Made by a program: the position numbers and the translations under genes
DNA from: Malacoraja senta
Taxonomy: Eukaryota
DNA length: 64,000 bases
Assembly: GCA_038087875.1 (NCBI GenBank)
Contig: CM075992.1
Coordinates: 3,040,001 to 3,104,000 of the forward strand
Reading direction: 5' to 3'
The notes under the pieces: generated by a model
Told to the model about the DNA's origin: nothing
The model's input: only the letters and a program-made list of their open reading frames with translations
Databases searched by the model: none
Part shown: in pieces, positions 40,806 through 52,615 of the stretch
How the letters are laid out: every line of letters starts with the position of its first letter
Numbering within the stretch: position 1 is the first letter of the stretch

Positions 40806-41222
40806 ATATAACCATATAATATAACCATATAACAATTACAGCATGGAAACAGGCCATCTCGGCCCTTCTACTAGTCCCATCTCCCTGCACTCAGACCATA
40901 ACCCTCCATTCCTTTCCCGTCCATATACCTATCTAATTTATTTTTAAATGATAAAATCGAACCTGCCTCCACCACTTCCACTGGAAGCTCATTCCACACA
41001 GCTACCACTCTCTGAGTAAAGAAGTTCCCCCTCATGTTGCCCCTAAACTTCTGTCCCTTAATTCTCAAGTCATGTCCTCTTGTTTGAATCTTCCCTACTC
41101 TCAATGGAAAAAGCTTATCCACGTCAACTGTCTATCCCTCTCATAATTTTAAAGACCTCTATCAAGTCCCCCCTTAACCTTCTGCGCTCCAAAGAATAAA
41201 GACCTATCTTGTTCAACCTTCT
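40806..41222 (-). mobile_element. CR1-like LINE 3' fragment with a (TTATATGG)n tail, inserted in a V-SINE
   Basis: RLNKIGLYSLERRRLRGDLIEVFKI...WNELP; ends ~125 bp upstream of the exon at 41348. Confidence 0.85.
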
Positions 41223-41347
41223 GGATCGAACCCGGGTCAGCAAGTCTACCGTTGTGCCTAGTGGGGGTTGGATTGAGGCTTGAATGAAGCAAATCGGCTT
41301 GTTTAGATGGCAGCACTGAAGGTATATTGTCTTGGTTTCGTTACCAG

Positions 41348-41535
41348 ATGAGATCCTGGGCGAGTCTCCATGTGGGACAGATCTGCCGGCTCGGGTGTGT
41401 CCGTCCGGAGCCAACTGCAGCGAGTACTGGGAGGGTCCCAATTATGGAATCACCCAGTTCGACAACATCTTGTTTGCTGTTCTCACTGTCTTCCAGTGCA
41501 TCACCATGGAAGGGTGGACCGACCTCTTGTACGAT
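41348..41535 (+). CDS. CACNA1A: Cav2.1 alpha-1A coding exon (equivalent to exon 6): domain I extracellular loop and pore loop with the selectivity-filter Glu
   Basis: Acceptor ttcgttaccag| and donor gat|gtgagt; 188 nt. Translates (N)[79 protein letters not shown] and TDLLY together favour CACNA1A over CACNA1B/E. Confidence 0.92.
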
Positions 41536-42584
41536 GTGAGTAATGCATGCTCTCTCACCTCTGCCCTGATATCCATTCACCCCTCCCATTAGTTTACATT
41601 TGGATATGCGGTGAGCCGCTCAGTGTCATTTCATTTGTAGTATGTTGGAAGCTTGCTTTAATGTTTTTCCTGAGGTTCATAAATTTTTTAGTTTCACACA
41701 TTGATCAAGAAAAACGTTGCGTCTTTCTAATTTTCTTCAGCGAAAATGATTTTTTTCCGGGATTAATAAAACATGGAATATTTGTAATTGGCCTCATCCA
41801 ATTAAATAGCCATCATTCATTGTGCAGGAAGGAACTGCAGATGCTGGTTTACATCGAAGATAGACACGAAATGCTGGAGTAACTCAGTGGGACAGGCAGC
41901 ATCTCTGGAGAGGAATGGGCGACCTTTTGTGTTGAGACTCTTGACCCGAAACGTCACCCATTCCTTCTCTAAAGAGATGCTGCCTGTCCCGCTGAGTTAC
42001 TCCAGCATTTTGTGTCTGTCTTTCCCATAAGGTATTGGGTGTATATTACAATGAATGAGCTCAGATGTGAAGTTTTCAGAAGGCAAGGAGACTGCGCTGT
42101 GTGCTTTGGGCTAATAATGCGTGCTCAATGAGGGCCTGTCCCACTTACGCGATCTTTTCAGCGACTTGCCGGCACCCGTCATAGTCGTAGCAGGTCGCCA
42201 GAAATTTCCAACGTGTTGAAAATCCAGCGGCGACCAGAACAAGGTACGACTCTTTGGGCGACTACTCACGACCATACAGGCGTCACCCCGCGACATGTCT
42301 TCAAGGTGAGATGCTCAAAGTTTAAAGGAGGAGCGCGAGGGAAGTTTTTGTACGCAGAGGGTGTAAGGTGCCTGGAACTCGCTGACAGGGGTGGTGGTGG
42401 AGAGGCCAGGTTTGGAGATTGTGTTGGGTTTTCGGTTTGCAAGACATTTCATAAAGATTGAGGTGTGAGAAAGGAGTGGTTATTAACTTATATATTCCTC
42501 TCATTTAGTTCCAAATGGCACAGAAGGAGGCCATTGGGTATATCGAGTGCATTCTGACTCCTCATCAGTTTTTTTTCAGTTTCG

Positions 42585-42869
42585 TTTAGAGATACAGTAT
42601 GTAAACAGGCCCTTCGGCCCACCGGGTCCACGCTGACCAGCGATATCCACACACCAACACTATCCTACACACACACTAGGGACAATTTACACTTGTACCA
42701 AGCCAATTAACCTACAAACCTGCACGTCTTTGGAGTGTGGGAGGAAAACGAAGATCTCGGAGAAAACCCACACAGGTCACGGGGAGAACGTACAAACAGA
42801 CGGCACCTGTAGTGAGGATGGAACCCGGGTCTCTGGCGGCAACTCTACCGCTGCTCCACCGTGCCGCCC
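42585..42869 (-). mobile_element. V-SINE (HE1-like), near full length
   Basis: tRNA-like head, V-domain ttcctcccacactccaaagac, TG-rich block and gggccgaagggcctg tail. Confidence 0.85.
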
Positions 42870-44137
42870 TGTACTGTGTGTTGTGTTATAATGTTGAAGG
42901 ATATTTCGGAGATGGAGGACTGAGAAAGGAGAGGTTTCCAACTCATATATCACACTCATATAGTCCTTAATGGCACAGGATGAGGTCACTCAGGTATGTC
43001 GAGTGTAATAGACAATAGACAATAGGTGCAGGAGTAGGCCATTTGGCCCTTTGAGCCAGCACTGCCATTCAATGTGATCATGGCTGATCATCCCCAATCA
43101 GTACCCCGTTCCTGCCTTCTCCCCATATCCCCTGACTCAGCTATTTTTATGAGCCCTATCTAGCTCTCTCTTGAAAGCATCCAGAGAACCTGCCTCCACC
43201 GCCCTCTGAGGCAGAGAATTCCACAGACTCACCACTCTCTGTGAGAAAAATTGTTTCCTTGTCTCCGTTCTAAATGGCTTACTCCTTATTCTTAAACTGT
43301 GGCCCCTGGTTCTGGACTCCCCCAACATCGGGAACATGTTTCCTGCCTCTAGCGTGTCCAAGCCCTTAACAATCTTATATGTCTCTCACTCATCTTCTTA
43401 ATACCTTCACTTTAATGTCTCCACCCGAATCAGATGACTCCGGTTGGAATCACAAAGCTATCGTGCGTTGCCGCGTGTGATTCTGGCTTCAGTTCCCAGA
43501 GTGCAGCCATGTGTAGAGTCTCAGCATGCATCAGTGCACTTCCCTTCTTGTAAACTTGCTGTTGTTGCCTTTCCTCGGGATATAACAGTATCTGTGTACA
43601 TTTGTCAAATGATTTCAAAACCAGCCGGAGGATGAATTTTACAATCTATTCACGTGATGAAGCGGAGAGAGGCTGGCGTTGAAAACTTGGAAGAATCGTT
43701 CGTAGGCCCGCAGCATGGAAACGGGCTCTTCAGCCCAACTCGGCCCATAAGGTCATAAGTGTAGGATTAGGCCATTCAGCCCATCGTCTACTCTGCCATT
43801 CAATCATGGATGATGTTTCTCTCCATCCCAACCCCATTCTCCTTTCTTCACCCCATAAACCTCTGACACCTGTACTAATGTTTCCATGCGGGGTTAGTGT
43901 TAATGTGTGGGGATAAAGTATTACTTTTGCATTTATTAAGTCTTTTAAGTTTATATGGGGAGCAACCAAGATAATAATTAATGGGAAAAAACCCCATAAA
44001 CTGCTGGAGTAACTCAGCGGGTCAGGAGGCATCTCTGGAGAACATGGATAGGCGATGTTTCATCTTGCGACCTTTCTTCAGATTATCCTGAAGAAGGGTC
44101 TCGACCCGAAACGTCACCCATTCCTTCTCTCCAGAGA

Positions 44138-45322
44138 TAATAGACAATAAACAATAGGTGCAGGAGTAGGCTATTCGGCCCTTCGAGCCAGCACCACCAT
44201 TCAATGTGATCATTGCTGATCATCCCCAATTGGTACCCTGTTCCTGCCTTCTCCCCATATCCCCTGACTCCGCTATCTTTAAGAGCCCTATCTAGCTCTC
44301 TCTTGAAAGCATCCAGAGAACCTGCCTCCACCGCCCTCTGAGGCAGAGAATTCCACAGACTCACCACTCTCTGTGAGAAAATGTGTTTCCTCGTCTCCGT
44401 TCTAAATGGCTTACCCCTTATTCTTAAGGGCCTGTCCCACGGGCAGGCGACTCCATGCGGCAAGCACGACTTAACCGGAAGCGGGGGCCGTGCGGGGGCT
44501 GTGCGGCGGCCGCACGAGGGCCGCGCGGGGGCCGAGTGATCACCGTACGGCCTGTCCCACGGGCATGCGATTCCATGCGGAGAGCGCGACCTAAACGGAA
44601 GCGGGGGGTGCGCGGACGTCCAGTTCGAGCGAAGTCCATTGGAAGCTCGAGCGTTTTTTATGTAGGTGAACACGGGTAGGTGATGTTTCGGGTTGAGACT
44701 CTTCCTCAGACCATAGAAGACTGCAGAAGACTTCAGTCCGAAGAAGGTGTCTCGACCCGAAACACCACCTGTCCACAGAAGCTGCCTGATCTACTGAGTT
44801 ACTCCAGCATGTTTGATGTGTCCATCTTCGGTGTAAATGGGCATCTGCAGTTCCTTCCTTCACAACAATTCCAGAGTTGACGGAGCCGGTGCACAGTGTC
44901 AGTTTTTTGGAGCCCAACGGTGTCGGGACCAACTCCATACGGCTCTGGCGATCTACGTGGGACCAGCCCCGCGACCTCCGCGCGGCCCCCGCACGGCCCC
45001 TGCTTCCAGTTAGGTCGCGCTTGCCGCATGGAATCGCCTGCCCGTGGGACGGGCCCTTAAAACTGTGGCCCTTGGTTCTGGACTCCCCCAACATGTTTCC
45101 AGCCTCTAGCAAACATGTTTCCTGCCTCTAGCATGTCCAAACCCTTAACAATCTTATATATTTCAATAAGGTCCCCTCTCATCCTTCTAAACTCCAGAGT
45201 GTACAAGCCCAGCCGCTCCATTGTCTCAGCATATGACAGTCCCGCCATCCCGGGAATTAACCTTGTAAACCTACGCTGCACTCCCTCAATAGCAAGAATG
45301 TCCTTCCTCAAATTAGGGGACC
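44138..45322 (-). mobile_element. CR1 fragment containing a GC-rich Harbinger-like MITE (44427-45057), which contains a Penelope-derived insert (~44663-44865)
   Basis: CR1 sequence ttattctta|aactgtggcc is split by an element with agggcctgtcccacgggcaggcga TIRs. Confidence 0.85.
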
Positions 45323-45785
45323 TGTCCCGCTGTCCCTCTGAGTTACTCCAGCTTATTGTGTCTATCCTGAACAACTTCTCTTTTCTCTCGCCCTCAACAT
45401 CTTCTCTTTTAATTCCTCTCACTATCCCGTTCTCTTACACCTCCATTCCCTCCAAGAAGGTCTCGAGCCCTCGGGTTCTTCCTCGAATAGGGGCGGCACA
45501 GTGGCGCACTGGTGGTGATCAATGGCGATCAAGGTGATCAATGGTTGGCGTGGACTTGGCGGGCCCAAAGGTCCTGATTAGCCACCAGAGTTCAGGGCCA
45601 TTGATCCACGATGTGAGTTCATATCCCACGTTGGTGATCGGGGAATTTAACTTCAGGTAAATTAAATAAAGTTAGATTATTTAAAAAAAAATCAAGTCTA
45701 ACAGTGATCAGGATAAGTTTAATTTGCAGAAAAAACCCAATCTAGTTCATTAAGAGTCACAGAGGAAGGGCAGGTCTCAAAGAAC

Positions 45786-46085
45786 ATGGTGGTGCAGCGG
45801 TAGAGTTGCTGCCTCACAGCGCCAGAGACCCGGGTTCGACCCCAACTATGGGTGCTGTCTGTGCGGAGTTTGCACGTTCTCCCCGTAACCCACGTGGGTT
45901 TTCGCCAAGATCTTCGGTTTCCTCCCGCACTCCAAAGGCGTGCAGGTTTGTAGGTTGATTGGCTTGGTGTAAATGTAAATATTGTACCTCGTGCGGGTAG
46001 GATAATGCTAGTGTGCGGGGATCACTGGTCAGCGCGGACTCGGTGGGCCGAAGGGCCTGTTACCTCGCTGTATCTCTAAACTAAA
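45786..46085 (+). mobile_element. V-SINE (HE1-like), near full length
   Basis: A-box ggtggtgcagcgg, B-box ggttcgaccc, V-domain, and tail gggccgaagggcctg...tatctctaaactaaa. About 15-20 further copies or fragments occur across the window. Confidence 0.88.
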
Positions 46086-49000
46086 CTATACTCCCATGAG
46101 AAAGAAGTCTGAAGAAGGGTGCCGACCGGAAAAGTGACCTATCCATTCCTTCCACAGATGATGCCTGACCCGCTGATTTGCTCCAGCACTGTGTACCGAG
46201 GCGTGTACCAGTGAAAAACTTTAGAGTTTGCATGTTATCCAAACAGATCAGATCATACTATGCATAAGAACTATACATCAATTCTATTGTGCTAGAGGCA
46301 AACTCCAGCACAGTAGGCAGAATAAAGGGGAAGATACAGAATGCACTCTATATTTCTTAGCATTGTAGCACATTAGTCCCAAGACAAAGTCCGATGTCCA
46401 CAATGGGGTAGAGGTGAATCGGGCAGTACCCTCGGGGGATGCTCATTTAAAACTGGGGTTTGTAGGTGTCTCTTTCCACAGAGGGCAGTGAATCTCTTGA
46501 CCTTCTACCCCAGCGGGTTGTGGAGTCGAGATCGATGTGGGAACTAGATAGTTTTTTGAAAGGTCAGAGACTTTTGTAGGTTTTTGGGGAACAGACAGGA
46601 GAAGGGGCTGGGACAGATCAGATATCATGGGATCGAATCGTTGCCAGTTGAGGAGCTGGGCGGCCTACTCTTGCAGCACGGAAACAGGCCCTTCGGCCCT
46701 ACTCATCCTTGCCGACCTAGATGCCCCATCTTAGTTACTCCCATTTGCCCGCTTTGGCCCATATCCCTCTAAACCTCTCCTATCCATGTTCCTGTCCAAG
46801 TGTCTTTTAAAAAGCTGTTGTAGTCCCTGCCTCAACGACCTTCTCTGGCAGCTTGTTCCATACACCCACCACCCTCTGAGTGAATAAGTTGCCCCTTAGC
46901 TTTGTTTAAATCTTGTCCTTCTCACCTTAAACACATCCTCTTGTTTTTGCATCCCCTACTCTGGGCAAAAGACTCTGTGCATTCACCCTATGTGTTCTCC
47001 AAGGAATAAACTCCTAACCTGCCCAGCCTCTCCCTATAGCTCAGGCCCCTGATCCTGGCAACATCTTCGTATATCTTCTCTGCACTTTTTGCAGCTTAAC
47101 GATATAGGCCGTCTCTTATATGTGTTCTTGTGAAGGTAGCTGATCTGGAGTTTGTTGAAATAGTCAAGTCTGGAAGTAAAAAGGAGGCAGATGATTTGAA
47201 GTAGAAACAAGGAACTGCAGATGCTTGCTTTGTACCAAAGAAAGACACAAAGTGCTGGAGTAACTCAGTGGGTCAGGCAGCATCTCTGTGTAAAAAGGAT
47301 GGGTAGACACAAAATGCTGGGGTAACTGAGCGGGACAGGCAGCATCTCTGGAGAGAAGGATTGGGTGACGTTTCGGGTCGAGACCCTTCTTCAGACTTGT
47401 AGATTGATGATGCATGTGAATCAATCACACTTAGCCAGCATCACTAACTCCACCGCACTATAACACTTATACTAACGCCCATTCCCAGCACCGTCAGTCT
47501 GAGCAGCTAGGATGAACTGACAACACCTTGTCTTTGAATGCTGTCAAGTTACAGTGCTGATTAAAGATGTGTTTAAATCATACACTGTCTCAGGTGTCGG
47601 TCTACAAGACTGATGTCAGGAAAGTGGGAAGTACATAGATAAGGAAGTGTGAGGTGTGAAAACAGAACAAAGGAAATGGAGATCAAGGAAAACGTAGAAT
47701 AGACGATTGTTAGCTGGGAGAAGGTAACAACAAAGCAAACAGAGATAAAATGTATTCGGGGACAGTAAGACTGGGCGAAGAACTAGGAAGGTCAAGGCCC
47801 CTGACCTGTGAACAAAGGAGGAAGACTGACTGAACTTTACTGCCTTCCATCATAGTGAAGAAGGATGTTTATGTTAAATTCTCTTGTGTGTTGTGTTCTT
47901 TTTAATTGTATGGCTGCATGGTAACTCATTGCACTGTACCTTAATTGGTGCATGTGGCGAATAAATGTGAACCTTGAACCTTGAAGGGGGAGGGGGTGGA
48001 GAGAGAAGGGGGGGGGGGGGAAGCAGGGGTTACTTGAAGTCGCTTGAAAAAGGACGGGTGACGTTCCGGGTCGGGACACTTCTTACGGACAGTATTGTGG
48101 ATAAATGGCAGGAAACATGTCCCCGATGTTGGGGGGGTCCAGAACCAGGGGCCACAGTTTAAGAATAAGGAGTAAGCCATTTAGAACGGAGACGAGGAAA
48201 CACTTTTTCTCACAGAGAGTGGTGAGTCTGTGGAATTCTCTGCCTCAGAGGGCGGTGGATGCTTTCAAGAGAGAGCTAGATAGGGCTCTTAAAAATACCA
48301 GAGTCAGGGGATATGGGGAGAAGGCAGATTGGGGATGGTCAGCCATAATCACATTGAATGGCGGTGCTGGCTCGAAGGGCCAAATGGCCTGCTCCTGCAC
48401 CTATTGTCTATTGTCTATTGTCTATATCGGGTAGAAAGCAAACTGATAGCCAAGACCCAAATTCAAAGCCAGAGTGTGCCATTTGTGCCTTGGCAAAATT
48501 AGCAACACATTTCTTGAAAGTGCAAATCTTCCCGCAGTTTTGCGAATCCTTCGTCAAGGCTCTCCACCCCTCATCCCAGAAAGACAATGCTGGTGTGTTT
48601 GTTCAGTGTGTCCCTGCTGAGGTTGCATGGTTCACTGCTTTATTGATTGAATGCACGGATCTATGTTATATTTAGTACAATAGCCTTTGGTCACAAGCCA
48701 AGACGAGACTCATTGCGCAGGATAAGATGGATAATATTCCACTTGTAAGAAGAGGCAGAACCTTAATGTCCTCTTTCTCTGCAGGCAGGATGAGGATGTC
48801 ACATCAGCGCATTAATCCTTTACCGCCCGAGCACAATAGTGGGCACTAAAACCTCATGGTTTTTATCATTTAGGTTGGAATTTCTTCGCCTGGGTGAGCA
48901 GGTTTGGCTGCAGGGTTGAAGTCGTGACCGTGAATCTCTAGCCCGTCGAAATGCAAACAAAGCAACTCGTTTCTGGGAAGATCTTTCAGCTTCTCTTCAA

Positions 49001-49504
49001 ATTTTTAACTTTCGTTTCCTGGAACTATAAAAAAAACAAAAACAGAAGACGCTGGGCACCCTCAGTCGGCCAGCCGACAGCTACAGACAGGAATCGGAGT
49101 TAATGTCTCAGGTAGACAAAAATGTTGGAGAAGCACAGCGGGTGAGGCAGCATCTATGGAGCGAAGGAATTGGTGACGTTTCGGGTCTTCAGGCTTAATG
49201 TCTCGGCTGCTCTGGTCAAGGGGGCAGGGCATTGTCGTTTGGGTGGGGTTTCAAGGCCCTGTCTTCTCACTCAGGTGGATTACAATGCCCACACAGAGCT
49301 GCTTTGAAATAGACTATCGGAGATAGTCCGATATGTCCTGGGGGGTTGTCCGAGATGGACTATCCCCCTGGACAGATAATCTGGGCATTTAGTGGGAATA
49401 TGCAGCATTCAAATGGGTGCACAATCTCTACATTTGAAAAAAAAGGCACAAATTGCTGGGGTCAGGCAGCATCTCTGGAAAATGTGGTTAGGTGGTGATT
49501 TAGT

Positions 49505-50040
49505 TTCAAGATTCAAGATTCAAGAGAGTTTATTGTCATGTGTCCCAGGTAGGACAATGAAATTCTTGCTTTGCTTCAACACAACAGAATATAGTAGGCA
49601 TGAATACAGAACAGATCAGTGTGTCCATATACCATTGTATAAATATATACACACATGGATAAATAAAATAGATAAAGTGCAAATAAACAGATAATGGGCT
49701 ATTAATGTTCAGAGTTTTGTTTCAGTTGAGTTCAATGGGTCTGAAGAAGGGTTTCGGCCCGAAACGTTACCTATTTCCTTCGCTCCATAGATGCTGCTGC
49801 ACCCGCTGAGTTTCTCCAGCATTTTTGTGTACCTTCTGAGTTCAATAGCCTGATGGCTGTGGGGAAGTAGCTATTCCTGAACCTGGTCGTTGCAGTCTTC
49901 AGGCTCCTGTACCTTCTACCTGAAGGTAGCGGGGAGATGAGTGTGTGGCCAGAATGGTGTGGGTCCTTGATGATGCTGCCAGCCTTTTTGAGGTAGCGAC
50001 TGCGATAGATCCCCTCGATGGTAGGGAGGTCAGAGCCGAG
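49505..50040 (-). mobile_element. Rex1-type LINE 3' fragment containing a hammerhead mini-element (49737-49836, + strand)
   Basis: GSDLPTIEGIYRSRYLKKAGSIIKDPHH remnant; the insert is flanked by the duplicated tgagttcaat. Confidence 0.85.
49735..49774 (+). ncRNA. Minimal type I hammerhead ribozyme motif (Penelope-type)
   Basis: atgggt-CTGAAGA-A-gggt(ttcg)gccc-GAAA-CGTT-acctat: 6-bp stem I with one G-U pair, 4-bp stem II and palindromic ACGT stem III. Activity is not demonstrated. Confidence 0.65.
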
Positions 50041-51010
50041 GTTGGGACCCTTCTTCAGACTGATGTGGTGGTGGCGGGTGGGGGGAGGAGAAAGGTAGAA
50101 GAGAGGAGAGGCAGGACCGTGCCTGGCGAGTGATAGGTGGGTACAGGTGAGAGAGGGGTTTGATAGGCAGATGATTGGACAAAGGCCAGAGATGAGAAGA
50201 CTAAAGGTATGGATTAGATACATTATGAGGGTGAGCACACTTCAAAACGACTTCAATGTTTGTCATTTTATTGGGGATCTCACGAAAGGGTCGACATGTG
50301 TAGCAAGCATGACATGGAGAGAAGACACAGAGTGCTGGAGTAACTCAGCGGGTCAGGCAGCATCTGTGGAGAACATGGATAGGTGACGTTTTGGGTCAGG
50401 ACCCTTCTTCAGACTGATTGTGGTGGGGGGAGAAAGCTGGGAGAGAGCAGGACCAAGACAAAACCTGGCAAGTGATAGGTGGGACAGTCTGAAGAAGGGT
50501 CTCGACCTGAAACGTCGCCCATTCCTTCTCTCCAGAGATGCTGCCTGACCCGCTGTTAGTCCAGCATTTAGTGTCTATAAGTGATAGGTGGGTGCAGGTG
50601 AGGCTGAGTAACTCCAACACTTCTAGTTTTCAGTTTAGTTTAGAGATACAGCATGGAAACAGCCCTTCGGCCCACCGAGTCCATGCTGACCATCAATCAC
50701 CTGTTCGCACTAGTTCTATGTTATCCCATTTTCTCATCCACTCCCTACACACCAGGGTCAATGTACAGAGGTGAATTCACCCATAAACCTGCACGTCTTT
50801 GGGATGTGGGAGGAAACCGGAGTACCCGGAGAAAACCCACGCAGTCACGGGGAGAATGTGCAAACTCCACAAAGACAGCAGCTAAAGTCAGGATTGAACC
50901 AAGCTCTACCAGCTGTCACTCTGCCTCTTTTTGTGTCTCCTTCTGTCTAAAACCAGCATCAGCAGTTCCTTGTTTCTAAACATTACACGCCATTTGTTTG
51001 TGTGTATATA

Positions 51011-51014
51011 TACG

Positions 51015-51055
<41 letters not shown>

Positions 51056-51071
51056 GCACGCACGCGCGCGC

Positions 51072-51104
<33 letters not shown>

Positions 51105-51294
51105 CGCACGCACGCACGCACGCACGCACGCACACACACACGCACGCACACACACACACGCACGCACGCACACACACGCACGCACGCACACACACGCACA
51201 CACACACGCACGCACGCACACACACGCACGCACGCACACGCACACGCACACGCACACGCACACACACACACCCACACACGCACACACACACGCA

Positions 51295-51325
<31 letters not shown>

Positions 51326-51386
51326 GCACACACGCACGCACGCACGCACACACACACACACACACGCACGCACGCACACACACATG

Positions 51387-51418
<32 letters not shown>

Positions 51419-51444
51419 CACAAACACACACGCACACACACACA

Positions 51445-51519
<75 letters not shown>
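51011..51519. repeat. (CA/CG)n alternating purine-pyrimidine microsatellite
   Basis: Mixed CACG/CACA/CG units ending in (TA)n. Confidence 0.95.
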
Positions 51520-51955
51520 CCAGCACTCCAGCACTTTGATTTTGTTTATGTCAACCAGCTCCTGCAGTTCCATTTGTCCACATTTTACCGGGTTCTTTTC
51601 ATTTTGCTGTCCGTGGGAATGTACTGGGAAAAATATCAACATTAAAGGGTGTTTAATTGTACATAACGGTGCAATAAAATTCTTATTTGAACCGCGTTAC
51701 AAGCCTGTAAACACAATACACAAAGATAATATATAATAAACAAAGAAAAATCAATACATTAATAACAATACCTCTGCAACCAGAGACAGTCCACACACAG
51801 TTCCCAGTTGAGGTTGGTGGTGTGCAGTGTTACAGAGCCTGATAGTTGTTGGGAAGAAGCTGTTCTTGAACCGATGATTTTCACGTTTCCTTTTCTGCAA
51901 CAGAGACTAAACTTATTTCATTGGGTGCAGAGCACTCTGGAAAGCCATGAAGATG

Positions 51956-52615
51956 TTGAAAGTAGGCATGTAGGTGCAGCAGGCAGTGAAGAAAGCGAAT
52001 GGTATGTTAGCATTCATAGCAATAGGATTTGAGTATAAGAGCAGGGAGGTTCTACTGCAGTTGTACAGGGTCTTGGTGAGACCACACCTGGAGTATTGCA
52101 TACAGTTTTGGTCTCCTAATCTGAGGAAAGACATTCTTGCCATAGAGGGAGTACAGAGAAGGTTCACCAGACTGATTCCTGGGATGGCAGGACTTTCATA
52201 TGAAGAAAGACTGGATAGACTCGGCTTGCACTCGCTAGAATTTAGAAGATTGAGGGGGGATCTTATAGAAACGGACAAAATTCTTAAGGGGTTGGACAGG
52301 CTAGATGCAGGAAGATTGTTCCCGATGTTGGGGAAGTCCAGAACAAGGGGTCACAGTTTAAGGATAAGGGGGAAGTCTTTTAGGACCGAGATGAGAAAAC
52401 CATTTTTTAACACAGAGAGTGGTGAATCTCTGGAATTCTCTGCCACAGAAGGTAGTTGAGGCCAGTTCATTGGCTATATTTAAGAGGGAGTTAGATGTGG
52501 CTCTTGTGGCTAAAGGGATCAGGGGGTATGGAGAGAAGGCAGGTACAGGATACTGAGTTGGATGATCGAATGGCCGAATGACCTACTCCTGTACCTATTT
52601 TCTATGTTTCTATGT
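51956..52615 (+). mobile_element. CR1/HER1-like LINE 3' fragment
   Basis: QQAVKKANGMLAFI...LVRPHLEYCIQFWSP...; (TTTCTATG)n tail. Confidence 0.92.

Noticed and set aside
45786..45850. tRNA genes suggested by A/B boxes (also ~8990, ~32515, ~35720, ~57556)
   Set aside because: They are tRNA-derived heads of V-SINEs that continue into SINE body sequence; no complete cloverleaf is evident.
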